A DNA stretch of 64,000 nt from an uncultured delta proteobacterium (GCA_963706575.1 CAVPNL010000002.1:32001-96000), one strand, 5' to 3'; shown: positions 22,138 to 35,400, counted from the first letter of the stretch. The notes: generated by a model not told the origin, from the letters alone. Program-made: numbers and translations.

Positions 22138-22616
22138 ATGTGGAAACTGATTCTCTTGATATTGGCGGGGCTTTACACGCTTAATCCGTATGACATCTTT
22201 CCGGATTTTATAGTCGGCTGGGGCTGGCTGGATGATTTGATCATCTGGATACTGTTGTGGAGATATTTTGTATCCCTCAAAAAAAAGTTCGCCAGTTACC
22301 GGCCGCTATTATCAATCGAGCCGACGGCGGATTTAAAGCAAAGGCGTTCCGGGAATTATTCCGGCCAGAACCGATCAGATCCAAAGGATCAATATTCCGA
22401 AGATACTGCACGACGGGAATGGGATCCGCACCGCATACTGGGAATTGACCAGAAGCGCCTCCACCGAAGAGATAAAGCACGCCTACCGGGAACTTGCCGG
22501 CAAATACCATCCGGATAAATTGGAGCATCTGGGTGACGAATTTAAGGCGCTTGCAGAGATGCGCTTCAAAGAAATTCAACAGGCATACCAGGAACTGACC
22601 GGGAAAGGGCTCATAG
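22138..22616 (+). CDS. DUF1232-like + DnaJ-domain protein (frameshifted; 3' end approximate)
   Basis: Y.LNP.DIFPD...GWLDD; DPHRILGI, YRELAGKYHPD, FKEIQQAY. Confidence 0.78.
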
Positions 22617-22642
22617 AAAGAAACTTGAGTAATTGGACTTCC

Positions 22643-23120
22643 ATGATCCCGTGTTTTGCAGCAGAAAAAACGCTTGGCAGGCTGACCAAATGGCTGCGCC
22701 TGCTTGGTTTTGATACCCGGTATGAATCCGAATTATCGGGTAAAAAATTTATTGAAACCCTGGAAAAGGATCGTATTCTGCTGACCCGGACCCGGCGGAT
22801 TCAAAAACAGTTTGCATCCCGCAAGCTGATTTTTATTGAATCGGACCATCTGGATGCAGCAGTTAAATCAGATTTTCCGGGAACTGGATTTAAAAGCATC
22901 GCAAACACGGCCATTTTCAAGATGTCTGCAATGCAATGTGTCGATCGTAGCTGTGGCAAAGACCTCGCTGCTGGGCCGGGTGCCGGATTATATTTTCGAA
23001 ACCCACGATCACTTTCAAAAATGTCCTGAATGTGACCGCATCTACTGGCCCGGCAGTCATACCCGTAGAAGTCTCGAAAAGATCCGGCAGCTGTTGGGTT
23101 TGGATCTGTCGCAAAAGTAA
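22643..23120 (+). CDS. Mut7-C RNase domain protein (frameshifted)
   Basis: LGRLTKWLRLLGFDT, RILLTR, SRCLQCN, CPEC.RIYWPGSH. Confidence 0.85.
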
Positions 23121-23163
23121 GCGATCGGTAAGACGCGAACCGACGAAAAAACACAACAAATTA

Positions 23164-23257
23164 TTCGTGGCTGAAAGCCACTCCCGCTGTTTATACCCAT
23201 CAGATTGTGCATTCTGTTTCTATTGCTGAGAACAGTGGGAGCCGCTCATGCGGAGAT
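23164..23257. repeat. REP doublet (degenerate)
   Basis: TTCGTGGCTGAAAGCCACTCCCGC...GTGGGAGCCGCTCATGCGGAGAT. Confidence 0.6.
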
Positions 23258-23278
23258 TCGTTAGCGTGATGGTACCGC

Positions 23279-24058
23279 ATGTCAAAAGAAGTCATCGCAC
23301 TTGAGGCGCGTCTGAAGAAATTGTAAAAATGTACGCACACTGGGAGTACGCCCAAATTTTTCCGATTACAGCCCCCGGGAAGCCGAACTTATCCGCAGGG
23401 CAGACAAAATTTATTACCCGACGACTTTTTATGCAGATCTTTTCGACGCTATGGGTAAGGCCACCTTTCCAAGCTATCACACCTACAAATGTGTCCAGGA
23501 CAAAATTAAGCAAACGGCGCTGTTCGACCTGCTCAATTTGCCACATCCACGCACCCGGGTATTTTATGGCAATCGTCAGAAAAAATTGATTCTGGATCAT
23601 TTCAGCTTTCCATTCATTGCAAAAATCCCGCGGGGTTCTGCCCTGGGAAGCGGCGTTTATTTGATTCATAACGAAAAAGAACTTCGCAATTATCTGGAAC
23701 AGACGAGCCCGGCTTATATTCAGGCATATCTGCCGATTGATCGCGATATTCGCGTGGTGGTCATCGGCGCCGCATCGTCCATGCCTACTGGCGCATTGCC
23801 CCGCCAGATGAGTTTCGCAGCAATGTGGCTGTCGGCGGGCGAATCAGTCTGAAAGCGGTTCCTGAAAAGGCCCGGGATCTGGCGTTGCAGGTCGCTCGTT
23901 CCTGTTGCTGGGATGACGTCGGGATTGATATCTGTGAGCACAAAGGCCGCTTTTATGTTTTGGAAGCCAATATGAAATACGGTAAAGAGGGTTTCCGGGA
24001 AGCCGGCCTTGATTACGATCAATTAATGGAATCCATGATCGCAAATGAAGAAATATGA
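23279..24058 (+). CDS. RimK-like ATP-grasp ligase (frameshifted)
   Basis: DKIKQ, FPFIAK..GSALG.GV, YIQ.YLP.DRDIRVVV, VGIDI, VLEAN. Confidence 0.82.
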
Positions 24059-25216
24059 CGAAGAAATAATAAGTCTTGCTCGCTGCGCTCTGGATGAGCA
24101 GGAAACGAAGCAATTGTCCGACCGTGCAGCCCTGAACAGAGGTGCAATCCGTCGGGCGTTGGAAGAGCGAAGGCAGACCGACTATCGCCAGGATTTTTCA
24201 ATCGATGTCGATCGAATCTTACACGCCCACGCCTATGCGCGCTACATCGATAAAACCCAGGTGTTTTACCTGATTAAAAATGACCACATTACACATCGGG
24301 TTCTGCATGTTCAACTGGTTTCAAAGATTGCACGCACCATCGGGCGCTATTTGAGATTGAATGAAGATCTGATTGAGGCCATTTCCCTGGGACATGATAT
24401 CGGGCACGCACCCTTCGGTCATGACGGTGAGCGCTACCTCTCCGAACTGTGCGAAAATTACGACATCGGCTCGTTTCAGCACAACGTGCAAAGCGTACAA
24501 TTTCTGGACAAAGTGGAACGCAAAGGCATGGGTTGGAACCTGTGTTTGCAGACCCTTGACGGCATATTGTGCCATGACGGCGAAGTGCACGATCAACTGC
24601 TTGAGCCCGTGACGGCAAAAAACTTTCGATACATTGGATCGAGAGCTGGCAGCCAAAAAAAAAGACCCCCGGTCAATCCTGACACCCATGACGCTTGAGG
24701 GTTGTGTGGTTCGAATAGCCGACACGATCGCCTATATCGGCCGTGACATTGAAGATGCCATCCGGCTGAATCTAATTGACCGCTCCGAATTGCCCCCGGA
24801 CAGCGTCGAATGCCTTGGAAATACCAATGGCACCATTGTCTTTAACCTGGTGACCGATATCATCCAGACCAGTTTTCAAAAAGCATTACGTGGCTTTTAG
24901 CTCGGATGTATCTGATGCCTTAAAACGCTTAAAAAGATTCAATCTGGAACGAATCTACCTAAACCCCGCAATAAAAACGCATTCTTCGAATCTAAATAAA
25001 CTCTTTGGTTTTCTTTTTGAGAAATATCTTTGCGATATTCGAAAGAAAGATACCTCATCCGTTATTTTTAACCGATTTCTCAACGGCATGTCTCCGGCCT
25101 ACACCGAAACCCACAGCAGTGCCGAGATTGTCCGTGATTTTATCGCCGGAATGACAGATGAATATTTCCTGAGCCAATGCCCGGACTCGATGCGCCCTGA
25201 AATCCTTCGGATGTAA
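24045..25216 (+). CDS. HD-domain dGTP triphosphohydrolase-like protein (frameshifted)
   Basis: DRILH..Y..DKTQV, GHDIGHAPFGH.GE, ADTIAY..DIEDA, DFIAGMTD. Confidence 0.87.
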
Positions 25217-25480
25217 CCCGGAAACCAGCTGAAAAGTGAAAATGGTTAAATAGCTGATTCGTTAAATGCGTTAAAAATGGATCGACTCCTTTGACGAATT
25301 GACAATTTAACTAAGTCAACTCATTCGACCAATCCCAAAAATCACTTGAGTTTTGGGCCTAAAAACCGTAAATTAAAAACAGGGCGTGAAATTTTTACAA
25401 CTGAATGAAAATACAGGGCATTTTATGAAAAAAGCCCTACCTGAATTCTGCGGTCTAACAAACAAATTGAGGTCTCTGTG

Positions 25481-25972
25481 ATGAAAACCATGTGGGCTCC
25501 CTGGCGGATGGAATACATTCTTAAAGACAAAGAAGACCGGTGTATATTCTGTGCAGCATTGGAAGATCAGGATGAACTGACGCTTTTTAAAGGTGAGGTG
25601 ACCATGGTCACGATGAACAAGTTTCCATACATCAACGGCCATCTTCTGGTTGCTCCCAGACGCCATATCGCAACCCTCGATCAACTCGATAAGTCAGAAA
25701 TGGGAGATTTGCTGGCAACGGTTGAGCAATCGGTGGGTATTTTAAAATCGGTCATGAAGCCCGATGGGTTCAATGTGGGCCTCAACCTGGGCAAGGTGGC
25801 AGGGGCCGGTGTCGAGGAACATCTGCACTTTCATATTGTGCCGCGCTGGTTTGGTGATACAAATGCACTAACCGTATTCGGCGAGGTAAGGGTGATTCCA
25901 GAACATATTAAAGCCACGTATAATAACTTAAAGCCATACTTTAATAAAATTGATTTAAATATTAAAAATTAA
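25481..25972 (+). CDS. HIT family hydrolase
   Basis: WAPWRMEYI, CIFC, HLHFHIVPRW. Confidence 0.92.
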   Translation: MKTMWAPWRMEYILKDKEDRCIFCAALEDQDELTLFKGEVTMVTMNKFPYINGHLLVAPRRHIATLDQLDKSEMGDLLATVEQSVGILKSVMKPDGFNVGLNLGKVAGAGVEEHLHFHIVPRWFGDTNALTVFGEVRVIPEHIKATYNNLKPYFNKIDLNIKN

Positions 25973-26180
25973 ATAATATCATAAAAATTTAGAAAATTAC
26001 GCTGTTTAAGTCTTGTTTTATGTTTGGGTTTCGTGTTTCGTATTCTAATATGCCTGTATAAAATCATATATTTCATACCAAACACCAAACACTTTGATGA
26101 ATTCATCACCCCACCTTGAAGCCGAAACGACCCTGTGATATTAATGCTAAAAAAGCTGTGTTGTTCTGATTGATTGACTG

Positions 26181-28802
26181 ATGAGCCCACCCAAATTAAC
26201 TCCCATGATAAAACAGTATCTCTCCATCAAAGAGGAGTATCCGGATGCGATCCTCTTCTATCGGATGGGGGATTTCTTCGAAATGTTTTTCGAAGACGCC
26301 CAGGTGGCTTCCCGGGTTTTGGAAATCACGCTGACTTCCAGAAACAAAAAGGACGAATCTCCGGTTCCGATGTGCGGCGTTCCCCATCGGGCAGTTTCCG
26401 GATATATTGCCCGGATGATCGACCACGGCTACAAAGTCGCGATTTGTGATCAGATTGAAGATCCGGCAACCGCCAAAGGCTTGGTCAAACGGGATGTTGT
26501 GCGGGTCATCACGCCTGGAATGATCCTTGACGAAGCGTTTCTGGACAAACGATCCAACAATTTTGTCCTGGCGGTTGCCCGCCATGGAGACCTATTCGGG
26601 TTGTCATATCTGGATATATCCACCGGCGTCTTCCGATTGGCCGAGTCCGCTGATCTGGCCGCGATGATTGATGAATCCCTGCGCATATCCCCCAGAGAGA
26701 TCCTTCTACCGGAATCAGCCAAAACCGATCCTCAAATGAGCGCTATTCAGCAGGCCTTGCTCGAGCGCTCCGTTACCTATCTGGCAGACAGTGCTTTTGA
26801 GCATAAACGCTGCTACGACCGGCTGACCGAACAGTTTAAAACCATTTCTCTGGAAGGTTTTGGGTGTGAAGAGATGCCGGCCGGGGTGCGGGCCGCCGGA
26901 GCCCTTATTTTTTATGTCCGTGAAACCCAAAAGCAGAAAATCGAGCTCTTTACCCGTCTGGAAACTTACGCTTTAGGCCAATACCTGCTGGTGGACGACT
27001 TAAGCTGCCGCAATTTAGAACTTGAAAAAAACATTCGTTCCGGTACGCGGCGCGGCACGTTGATCGGTATTATCGATCATACCAAAACAGCCATGGGCGC
27101 TCGTTTGCTAAAATTATGGCTGCGGTACCCGCTAATTAAGATCGAAGACATCCAGGCCCGCCACGAGGCGGTTGAAGAAACAAAAAGTAACATCTCAGTC
27201 CCGGCAGGACATTCGCGAATACCTGAAATCGGTATTTGACATCGAACGGGTCGGCAGTAAAATTGTTATGGGGCATGCCAATGCGCGGGATTTGATTGCC
27301 CTGAAACGGTCCCTTTTGGCGTTACCGCATATCCAAAAGATGGTTTCAACGCTGAAATCCGCGCTTTTTCAGTGGGATGAGAACCTGAACCCGCTTTATG
27401 AACTGGCGCAAGTGATCGAAAATGCCATCCGGGAGGATGCGCCGCCGACGATCAATGAAGGCGGGATGATAAAACCTGGCTACCATAATGGGTTAGATGA
27501 ACTGGTAAAAATCAGCCGGGATGGCAAGGGCTGGCTGGCCAATCTGGAAGTCCAGGAGCGGAAGGCCACCGGAATCACCGCGTTAAAGGTACGGTATAAC
27601 AAAGTCTTCGGATATTATATCGAAGTGCCCAAGAGCCGTGCATCGGTGTGCCGGTCAACTACGTGCGCAGGCAAACCCTGGTCAATGCCGAACGTTACAT
27701 TACCGATGAATTGAAGACTTTTGAGACAAAGGTTTTAAATGCAGAAGATCAGCGGGCGGCTCTTGAGCTTGAAATATTCAATGAGATCAGACAGGAAATT
27801 GTCAAAAATTATAAAAATCTTCAAAGTGCGGCCCGATTTTTAGCGCGTCTGGATTGTCTGCTGAACCTGGCCGAGAGTTGCCGATCAAAATGATTATTGT
27901 CGACCGGAAATGACCATAGACGGTCGATATTCATATTGAAGACGGGCGCCATCCGGTTGTGGAAAAAATGATCACCGGCAGAGCGATTTGTGCCCAACAC
28001 GGTTTCGATGGATAACGAAACCAACCAGATTCTGATCATAACCGGTCCGAATATGGCCGGAAAATCCACGGTTTTGCGTCAGGTGGCATTGCTGGTCATT
28101 ATGGCGCAAATGGGATCGTTTATACCGGCCAAAAAGGCGTCCATCAGTGTCGTCGATCGAATATTTACGCGCGTCGGCGCTCTGGACAACCTCTCACAGG
28201 GACAGAGCACCTTTATGGTCGAAATGCAGGAAACGGCCAATATCCTGAACAACGCCGGCGAACACAGTTTGGTTATCATGGATGAAATCGGCCGTGGAAC
28301 CAGCACATATGACGGGCTGAGCATTGCCTGGGCTGTGGTGGAGTATCTGCATGATTTGCATAAAACCGGCGTTAAAACGCTGTTTGCGACCCACTATCAC
28401 GAATTGACGGATCTGGCCCAGCAAAAACCGCGGGTAAAAAATTACAATATTGCCGTCAAGGAATGGAACGACGAAATCATATTTTTGCGTAAACTGGTCG
28501 AAGGCGCCACCAATCGCAGTTACGGCATTCAGGTGGCTCGCCTGGCCGGAATTCCGGGAGAGGTCATCAACCGCTCCAAGAAGATCCTGTATCGCATTGA
28601 AAATAAAGAACAGGATTTAACAGACGCCTTTTCCGATAAAGAAACCGGAAAAGCAGGGCCGCAGCAGATGGATTTGTTCGGCAAGAAAGATCATTTTTTC
28701 GTTGAAAAATTATCCAAACTGGATATATCGAAAATGACACCGCTGGAGGCGCTCAACTACTTGAATGAACTGCGGGATAAAGCCAAAGACATCAGCGAAT
28801 AA
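26181..28802 (+). CDS. mutS: DNA mismatch repair protein MutS (frameshifted in this sequence)
   Basis: [56 protein letters not shown]. Confidence 0.96.
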
Positions 28803-28822
28803 ACGATCTATAGGCTTGACAT

Positions 28823-28919
28823 ATCGTGGCTGGAAGCCACTCCCACTGCCATCGGTATTCAACGCAATTTCTAATGCGCTTTTGCGAAGCAACCTGTGGG
28901 AGCGGCATCTTGCCGCGAT
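28823..28919. repeat. REP doublet
   Basis: ATCGTGGCTGGAAGCCACTCCCAC (28823-28846) and GTGGGAGCGGCATCTTGCCGCGAT (28896-28919). Confidence 0.8.
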
Positions 28920-28971
28920 ATTCAAGCGTATTTTGAAACGGAACAGGAACAAGCGACACCGAAAATATATT

Positions 28972-31042
28972 ATGACGGAAACTGCTAAAAAACTTTTTAT
29001 AATTGCCATCATCCTGTTGATTCTTGGAGAAGTCTCACTTTTTTCGGCGTTTTCGGCGGCAGCCCCCCGGGATGCGTATTTTGATGCCGAAGCCTGTTAT
29101 CGCAGTCTGCGTCAAAATCCACACGAAAATAAAATACCGCCACAACTGGATGCGGTGCATCAAGAAATATCAGTCGGTTTACAATCAGGATCCTGCCGGG
29201 CCCTGGGCGGCAGCCGGCCTTTACAAAGTCCGCCAAAATGTATCAGGATCTGGCGAAATTTTCCGGCAAGGAATCAGACAAAAAAGAAGCTCTTGACATC
29301 TTTCAGCAGATTGTCGACATCCTATCCTAAAAGCCGCTACCGGCAGAAAGCCGCCCGGGAAATTCGCAAACTGGGCGCAAGCGTCAGCCGCCCAGAAGAC
29401 ACCGCAGCCGAGCAGCACAAATTGTCTCCCGCCAACGGAAGCAATCACCCAAAGATGCCTATATCGACGCCGAGACCTGTTACAGCAACCTGCGCGAAAA
29501 CTCCCGCAAAATGAAATATCGTGACAACTGGTTGCGGTGCATTGATAAATTCCAGTCGGTTTATGACAAAGATCCGGACGGGCCCTGGGCGCCGTGCCGG
29601 TCTTTTTATGGCCGCAACGCTTTATCAGAAGCTTTATGCCTATTCATATGCTTCAGATGATCTTGAAAGCGCGCACAGCATCTTCAATCAAATCATCACC
29701 CAGTTTCCCGACAGCCGCTATCAGGCCAAAGCCGCTTCAGAGCATCCAAAACATGCCCGGATCGGCCAAAAAACCGCTGGCTGCCGAACCGGATCCGATT
29801 GCCGAAAAAATTAAGGCGCGGGAGGCTCCAGAAGAATCCACCGAAGGACGATCAAAGCCCATCGACCCGGTCGGCTCCCGGCGGGATGGCCACCGTCACC
29901 AATCTGCGCTTTTGGTCCAACCCGAATTATACCCGGGTGGTCATCGATGCCGACCGGGAGGCCGCTTACTATCATCATCTGCTCAAAAAAGATCCGTCCC
30001 TCAAAAAGCCTCAGCGGCTTTATGTTGATTTAAGCAAAAGCCGGCTGGGCGAACATATTCGCAAGAGCATCCCGATTCATGATGACCTGCTGACTGACGC
30101 CCGCGCCGGCCAATACACGCCGGATTCCGTCAGGGTGGTCGTCGATATTAAATCCTTTGAAACCTATAAGATTTTTTCTCTGAAAGATCCGTTTCGGATC
30201 GTCATTGACGTATGGGGAACCAAGACCGCCAAAGCCCCTGAGGACAGCCCCGGCCGTCTGAAACGGTTAAAAAAGGCGGCAAAATCCCTCCCGGCTCTTT
30301 GGCCAAACAGCTGGCTTTAGGGGTTAGGCGAGTTGTGATTGATCCGGGCCATGGCGGCAAGGATTATGGGGCACCGGGTTATCTTAAAGGCGTGCACGAA
30401 AAACAGGTCTCTCTGCAGATTGCCAGACAGTTGGCCAAAAAGATTAAAGCGGAACTGGGGCTGGAAGTCATTTTGACCCGCAATCGGGATCGATTTTTAA
30501 CCCTGGAAGAACGCACTGCCTTTGCCAATACCAAAAGTGCAGATCTTTTTATTTCCATCCATACCAATGCCTCCAGAGACCGCAGGGCTTACGGCATTGA
30601 AACCTATTTCCTGAACCTGGCCACCGATGAGGAAGCCATACGGGTTGCCGCCATGGAAAACGCCACCTCGACTAAAAATATCAGTGATCTGCAGAAGATT
30701 CTGTATGACCTGATGCAAAACGCCAAAATCAATGAATCCAGCCGCCTGGCTGCCTATGTGCAAAGTTCCACGATTCGCCATCTGAAAAACAAACGATATA
30801 GCCGCATCAAAAGCAAAGGCGTCAAGCAGGCACCGTTTTATGTGCTTTTAGGCGCCCAGATGCCCTCCATCCTGATCGAAACCTCTTTTATCAGCAACGA
30901 CCGTGAGTGCAAACGCCTGGTCAATCCGAAATTCCAGGAGCGACTGGCTGAAGGCATTGTCGAAGGGATTCGAAATTATATTAAAGCGACCTCTCCAACG
31001 GCGTTATTAAAAATACCGCAGCAATCCCGGCCACGGGGGTAG
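28972..31042 (+). CDS. N-acetylmuramoyl-L-alanine amidase with duplicated TPR-like modules and AMIN domain (frameshifted)
   Basis: Signal peptide; YTRVVID, RLYVDL, PFRIVID; IDPGHGGKD, FISIHTNA, ILIETSF. Confidence 0.87.
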
Positions 31043-31052
31043 CCATTTTACC

Positions 31053-31973
31053 ATGACCGATCAAACGCCAGATACCGGCCCTCCCTTCAACCCCTATCTT
31101 GCCCTGATTATCGGCACAATGGCAGTATCCACCGGTGCAATTTTTGCGCGCCTGGCGGATGCGCCGGCCCTGGTTATCGCTGCTTACCGGGTGGGGATTG
31201 CATCTCTTATTCTGGCGCCCATCACCTGGTGGAAAGCCCGTGATGAAATTGCAAAGCTGTCGAAGCGAGACCTGAAACTGGCGGTGATATCCGGCTTTTT
31301 TCTGGCCTTGCACTTTGCGACCTGGATTTCCTCTCTTGATTATACATCGGTGGCCAACAGCGTGGTGCTGGTCAATACCAATCCCCTCTGGGTGGGTTTG
31401 TTGACCCCTCTGATCGCCAAGGAAAAGGTCAAGCGTGCGGCGCTGATCAGTATCGTTATCAGTGTTATCGGCGGCGCAATTATCGGTTATGGCGATTTTG
31501 CCACCGGCGGAAAGGCGCTTTTGGGTGACGGCCTGGCTTTGGCCGGCAGCTTATGTGCGGCCGTTTACCTGTTGCTGGGGCGTAATTTGCGTCGCAAACT
31601 GTCTCTTTTGCCTTACATTTTCATCTGCTATGGGAGTGCCGCTGTTATCCTTTGGATAATTGTCCTGTCCCTGGGGCTGCCCATATCCGGATTCAGCACC
31701 GGCACCGTGGCGGCTTTTTGGGGCATGGCGCTGATCGCTCAAATCATCGGGCACAGCACCTACAACTGGGCCTTAAAATGGCTGAGTGCCGGACTGATCG
31801 CCGTGAGTCTGCTGGGTGAACCCATCGGAAGCACCATCCTGGCGTATATCCTTTTCGATGAAGGACTGACCGTGTATAAATTTGTGGGCGGGGGCATCAT
31901 TCTTTCTGCCATTTATATTGCCGCATCAAGCGAAAGCCGGATCGCTAAAACACAGAAGCGGTCTATAAAATAG
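31053..31973 (+). CDS. DMT/EamA family transporter
   Basis: About 10 TM; ALHFATW, GHSTYNWAL, LGEPIG. Confidence 0.9.
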   Translation: MTDQTPDTGPPFNPYLALIIGTMAVSTGAIFARLADAPALVIAAYRVGIASLILAPITWWKARDEIAKLSKRDLKLAVISGFFLALHFATWISSLDYTSVANSVVLVNTNPLWVGLLTPLIAKEKVKRAALISIVISVIGGAIIGYGDFATGGKALLGDGLALAGSLCAAVYLLLGRNLRRKLSLLPYIFICYGSAAVILWIIVLSLGLPISGFSTGTVAAFWGMALIAQIIGHSTYNWALKWLSAGLIAVSLLGEPIGSTILAYILFDEGLTVYKFVGGGIILSAIYIAASSESRIAKTQKRSIK

Positions 31974-32030
31974 CTGATTGTGCCCGTATAATTCTGTTGT
32001 TTAGCAGTATCCCTCGTTGCATTGTCTGCT

Positions 32031-32054
32031 GTGGGAGCGGCATCTTGCCGCGAT
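32031..32054 (+). repeat. Solo REP
   Basis: GTGGGAGCGGCATCTTGCCGCGAT. Confidence 0.75.
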
Positions 32055-32108
32055 CGGCAAATGTTCCATTTATTTTAATTTGACAAAGACGTAGTCCGAT
32101 CCTTTATC

Positions 32109-32182
32109 AAATTTGAAACGCTCAATACTGCATTGAATACAAGACAAAATAATCCCCTTTTTTAAAATTTGAAACGCTCAAT
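32109..32182. promoter_or_regulatory. Two identical 18-bp operator-like sites upstream of the crotonase gene
   Basis: AAATTTGAAACGCTCAAT at 32109-32126 and 32165-32182 (TTGA-N5-TCAA dyad). Confidence 0.55.
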
Positions 32183-32207
32183 TTAGAAAAAATTTATGGA
32201 GGTCTAC

Positions 32208-33000
32208 ATGGCTTACGAAAACATCATTTATCAGGTTGAAGAAGGAATTGCGACAATCACGTTTAACCGGCCGAAAGCGCTCAATGCCCTGAACGCTGCA
32301 CTTTTGGAAGAATTTTCAGAAGCGCTGGATGAAATTGCCGCCGATGAAAATATCCGGGTTCTGGTGCTGACCGGTGCCGGTGACAAATCCTTTGTGGCCG
32401 GAGCCGACATTACCGAACTGGCGACTTATAATTCCCTGACGGCCAAAAATTTTGCGCAAAAAGGTCATGCCATCATCGCTAAACTTCAGCAACTCCCCAT
32501 TGCCGTCATCGCAGCGGTAAACGGTTTTGCCCTGGGCGGCGGCACCGAGATTGCGATTGCCTGTGATTTTATTTATGCATCGGAAAACGCCAAATTCGGC
32601 CAGCCGGAAATCAATCTGGGTCTGATACCGGGATTCGGCGGCACCCAGCGGCTGCCGCGGTTAATCGGCTCGAATAGGACCAAAGAACTGGTTTTCACCG
32701 GTAAAATGATTTCCGCTGCCGAAGCCGAAAAAATCGGACTGGCCAACAAAGTGGTGCCCCAGGATCAGCTGATGGAAGAAGTCATGAAAACCGCCAGGGA
32801 AATTGCTTCCAAGGGTAAAGCTCTCTCTCAGGGCTGCCAAACAGGCGATCAACTTTGGACTGAACACCGATCTTGCCACCGGCATTCACATTGAAGTTGA
32901 TGGCTTTGCCATGTGCTATGGCAGTTCAGACTCCAAAGAGGGCACCTCGGCTTTTCTTGAAAAAAGAAAGCCGGAATTTAAAGGTAGTTTGAAAGATTAA
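32208..33000 (+). CDS. Enoyl-CoA hydratase (crotonase; frameshift near 3' end)
   Basis: NRPKALNAL, FVAGADI, NGFALGGGTE, FGQPEINLGLIPGFGGTQRL. Confidence 0.93.
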
Positions 33001-33137
33001 ACGATTGTCGGTTTTGTCGATACTTGCTTGCCTCCAACCTAAAGCGAAGCGCTCCTCAAACGAAGTGCTCCTCTATCGAAGCGATTTTATAGTGGGGCGT
33101 TGGAAGGTAAAGCGATATCTTCTAAAGGTGGGTACTA

Positions 33138-33381
33138 TGGCGGATAAGAAAAACACGCTTCAACTCATCTGGGGCATCCTGCTCCTGTTGGCCGGGGATT
33201 GGCGTTTTTTTTCGAATCCCGCAGGTGATGCCTGAAATTAAAAAAATTGAGCATTTCGCCCCTTACATGCTTTTCATTTATTTTTGCTTTTATCTGCTGG
33301 GTATCTTGTTAATCGTAGGAGGCGGAAGAAAGGTTTACACTTACTTGAAACAACCAAACAGGAAAAATTCAAACAACTGAG
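33138..33381 (+). CDS. Small two-TM hypothetical protein (frameshifted)
   Basis: MADKKNTLQLIWGILLLLAG, then FFRIPQVMPEI...FCFYLLGILLIVGG in the adjacent frame. Confidence 0.55.
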
Positions 33382-33413
33382 GAAGATTTGGAGTAGTTTC
33401 TTTTCAACATTCC

Positions 33414-33496
33414 GTTTAATTGGTTCAATTTGTTTCATTGGTTGAATTTGTTCAGGCTTAAAACGAATCAAACCAATCAAACCAATACAACCAATA
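33414..33496. repeat. Inverted ATTGGTTCA-type nonamer array
   Basis: ATTGGTTCA/ATTTGTTTC units facing AAACCAATC units; half-array also at 35358-35401. Confidence 0.65.
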
Positions 33497-33500
33497 TCAA

Positions 33501-35331
33501 CTATTGTTTAGCTGCCTTCCTGAATTTTTCCAGTTGCGCCTTATAGTAAGAGCGATTGTCTTTGGCCAGTTTCAGCGCCCGCTCGCCGACTTCAATCGCT
33601 TCCTGATACATTCCGTTTACAAAATAGCTCTCAGCCAATGTGTCAAAGATGTGGGATGAGGTCTCGACTTCTGCTGCCAATTTTGCAAGACTCAGGGATC
33701 GTTCGGGGTTGCGCAGGGATTCAATCTCACAGGTTGCGTAAAGCCAGGCCAGGTTATTGAGTACATGTGGGTCATGCAACCGCAGCTCAATGGCTTTTTC
33801 ATAGGCGATATTGAACGCCTTCGTAATCTTTACGGTTGTAATAAAGATCTCCCAGAAGTCGATACAAATTGGGATTGTCCGGAGATTTTTGCAGTTCTCG
33901 GGTAATGACTTTTTCTAAAAAATTTTGATTTAATTTATCTCCAATAACGCCCGAGGTTCAGCTGGTATCCAATGACGCCGATCAGCAGCATTGCGGCAAG
34001 GTATATGCCGATGCTTTTTTTGACTTTACGATTATGTTGTTGGATCCATTCCGGCGTCGTATTCACATTTTTGCAGGTAATCGATTCGTTCCCGAATACT
34101 GAAATGGTGCCAGTTCGGTCGGTCGGCGGATTGCCCGCTGGTGGTTACAATTTTTTCCAGCGTTGAGATCAGCGGTTTGGCGGAATCAAATAAAGAGAAA
34201 ACATAGATATCCGCCTGACGTTCGAAATTGCGCATGAAAGAAACCGAAAATAAAGCGAAAATAGATTAAAAACACAATGATGATCACCAGACTGAAAAGG
34301 GCTGAAAAAATGGTGGTCTGATCGAATCCGGTTTTATTGATAAACCAGTAAACCGGCTCAGCATAAATGATTCCAAAAAGAATCATATCAAAAGTGACAT
34401 AAGACAGCAGCATGTAGCCGACAAAAAACATCAGATAAAACACCAGATGTTTTTTTTTGACATGACCGATTTCATGGGCAATGACGGCATCGATTTCTTC
34501 GGGCTCGAGTAATTGAAGCAGGGAAGGGGTTACCAGTATGTAGCGAAACTTTTTGATGAGCCCCATGACGCCGGCAGTGATCATTTTGCCGCCGAAGATC
34601 GGCCAGTAAAGAATATCTGCATAGGCAAGGCCTGCCTTTCGGCATAAACTTTCGATGCGTGTTCGATGCTCGCCGGATTCGAGCGGCTTGCAGCGCCAGA
34701 ATTTCTGGATCATTGCCGGCCCGATGACAGCCACGGCAAAAAGAAAAATGAGAAAGTAAGTCACCTCACCTTCGGTGGTCGCCAGAAAGCGAGCGGGCCA
34801 TTCAAACGGCAGTGCTTTTATCAGATCGGCAAATCCGGAAAGAATAAGCCAGGGAAGCAGCACCGGGATTGAAAAGGTGATGTTTGAAAAAACATATGAT
34901 CTTTTGGAGATGTCGCTGCGGTATAGTTTTTTATAGGGACCATAGGCACACGCCCAGACCAGTGCCAGGTAAAATACAAACAGGCCCAGAAACAACAGCG
35001 CCTCAAGCGTCGGAATCGTATTGAAAAAGGGGATGTCAATTAAAAAAGAGGAGAGATTCAGGCCATAAATGTCGATGGCAAAAACCACAATCGCCATGAT
35101 GGACTGACGCATTAAAATGGAATGAAAAAGAGAATCGAGTTGTGAAAAATTGCCGTTGGCAATTCGCTTTTCGAGTCTGCGAAATAGAAATGCAGTAAAA
35201 TAAAAAAAGAATACAATTAAACCGATAAAGAAGATGATCGTTTCAAGGCCGCTGAAATTGGTCTCTTCGGAAGGCTGATACGTCAGGTATATCAGAAGAA
35301 CAATGATAAAGTATAAAAAATTTCCAAACAT
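33501..35331 (-). CDS. M48 family metalloprotease with C-terminal TPR (frameshifted)
   Basis: Multiple TM, VIAHEIGH, FERQAD, HFSIRERI, LNNLAWLYAT, DTLAESY. Confidence 0.87.
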
Positions 35332-35400
35332 AATATCCGTAATGTTATATATGGCTATATTGGTTTGATTGGTTTTATTGGTTCAATTGGTTCCATCGGT

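Noticed and set aside
22445..23029. DnaJ-Mut7-C fusion ORF in the track
   Set aside because: Lies in the indel-rich block; a TAG one base out of frame near 22614 and an ATG at 22643 suggest two genes
25241..25335. Octamer-like inverted tract after the HD gene as an ncRNA
   Set aside because: Degenerate low-complexity array like the others; no specific structure
26181..28802. mutS as a true pseudogene or mutator allele
   Set aside because: Motifs are intact and neighbouring genes show the same indel noise; sequencing error is simpler
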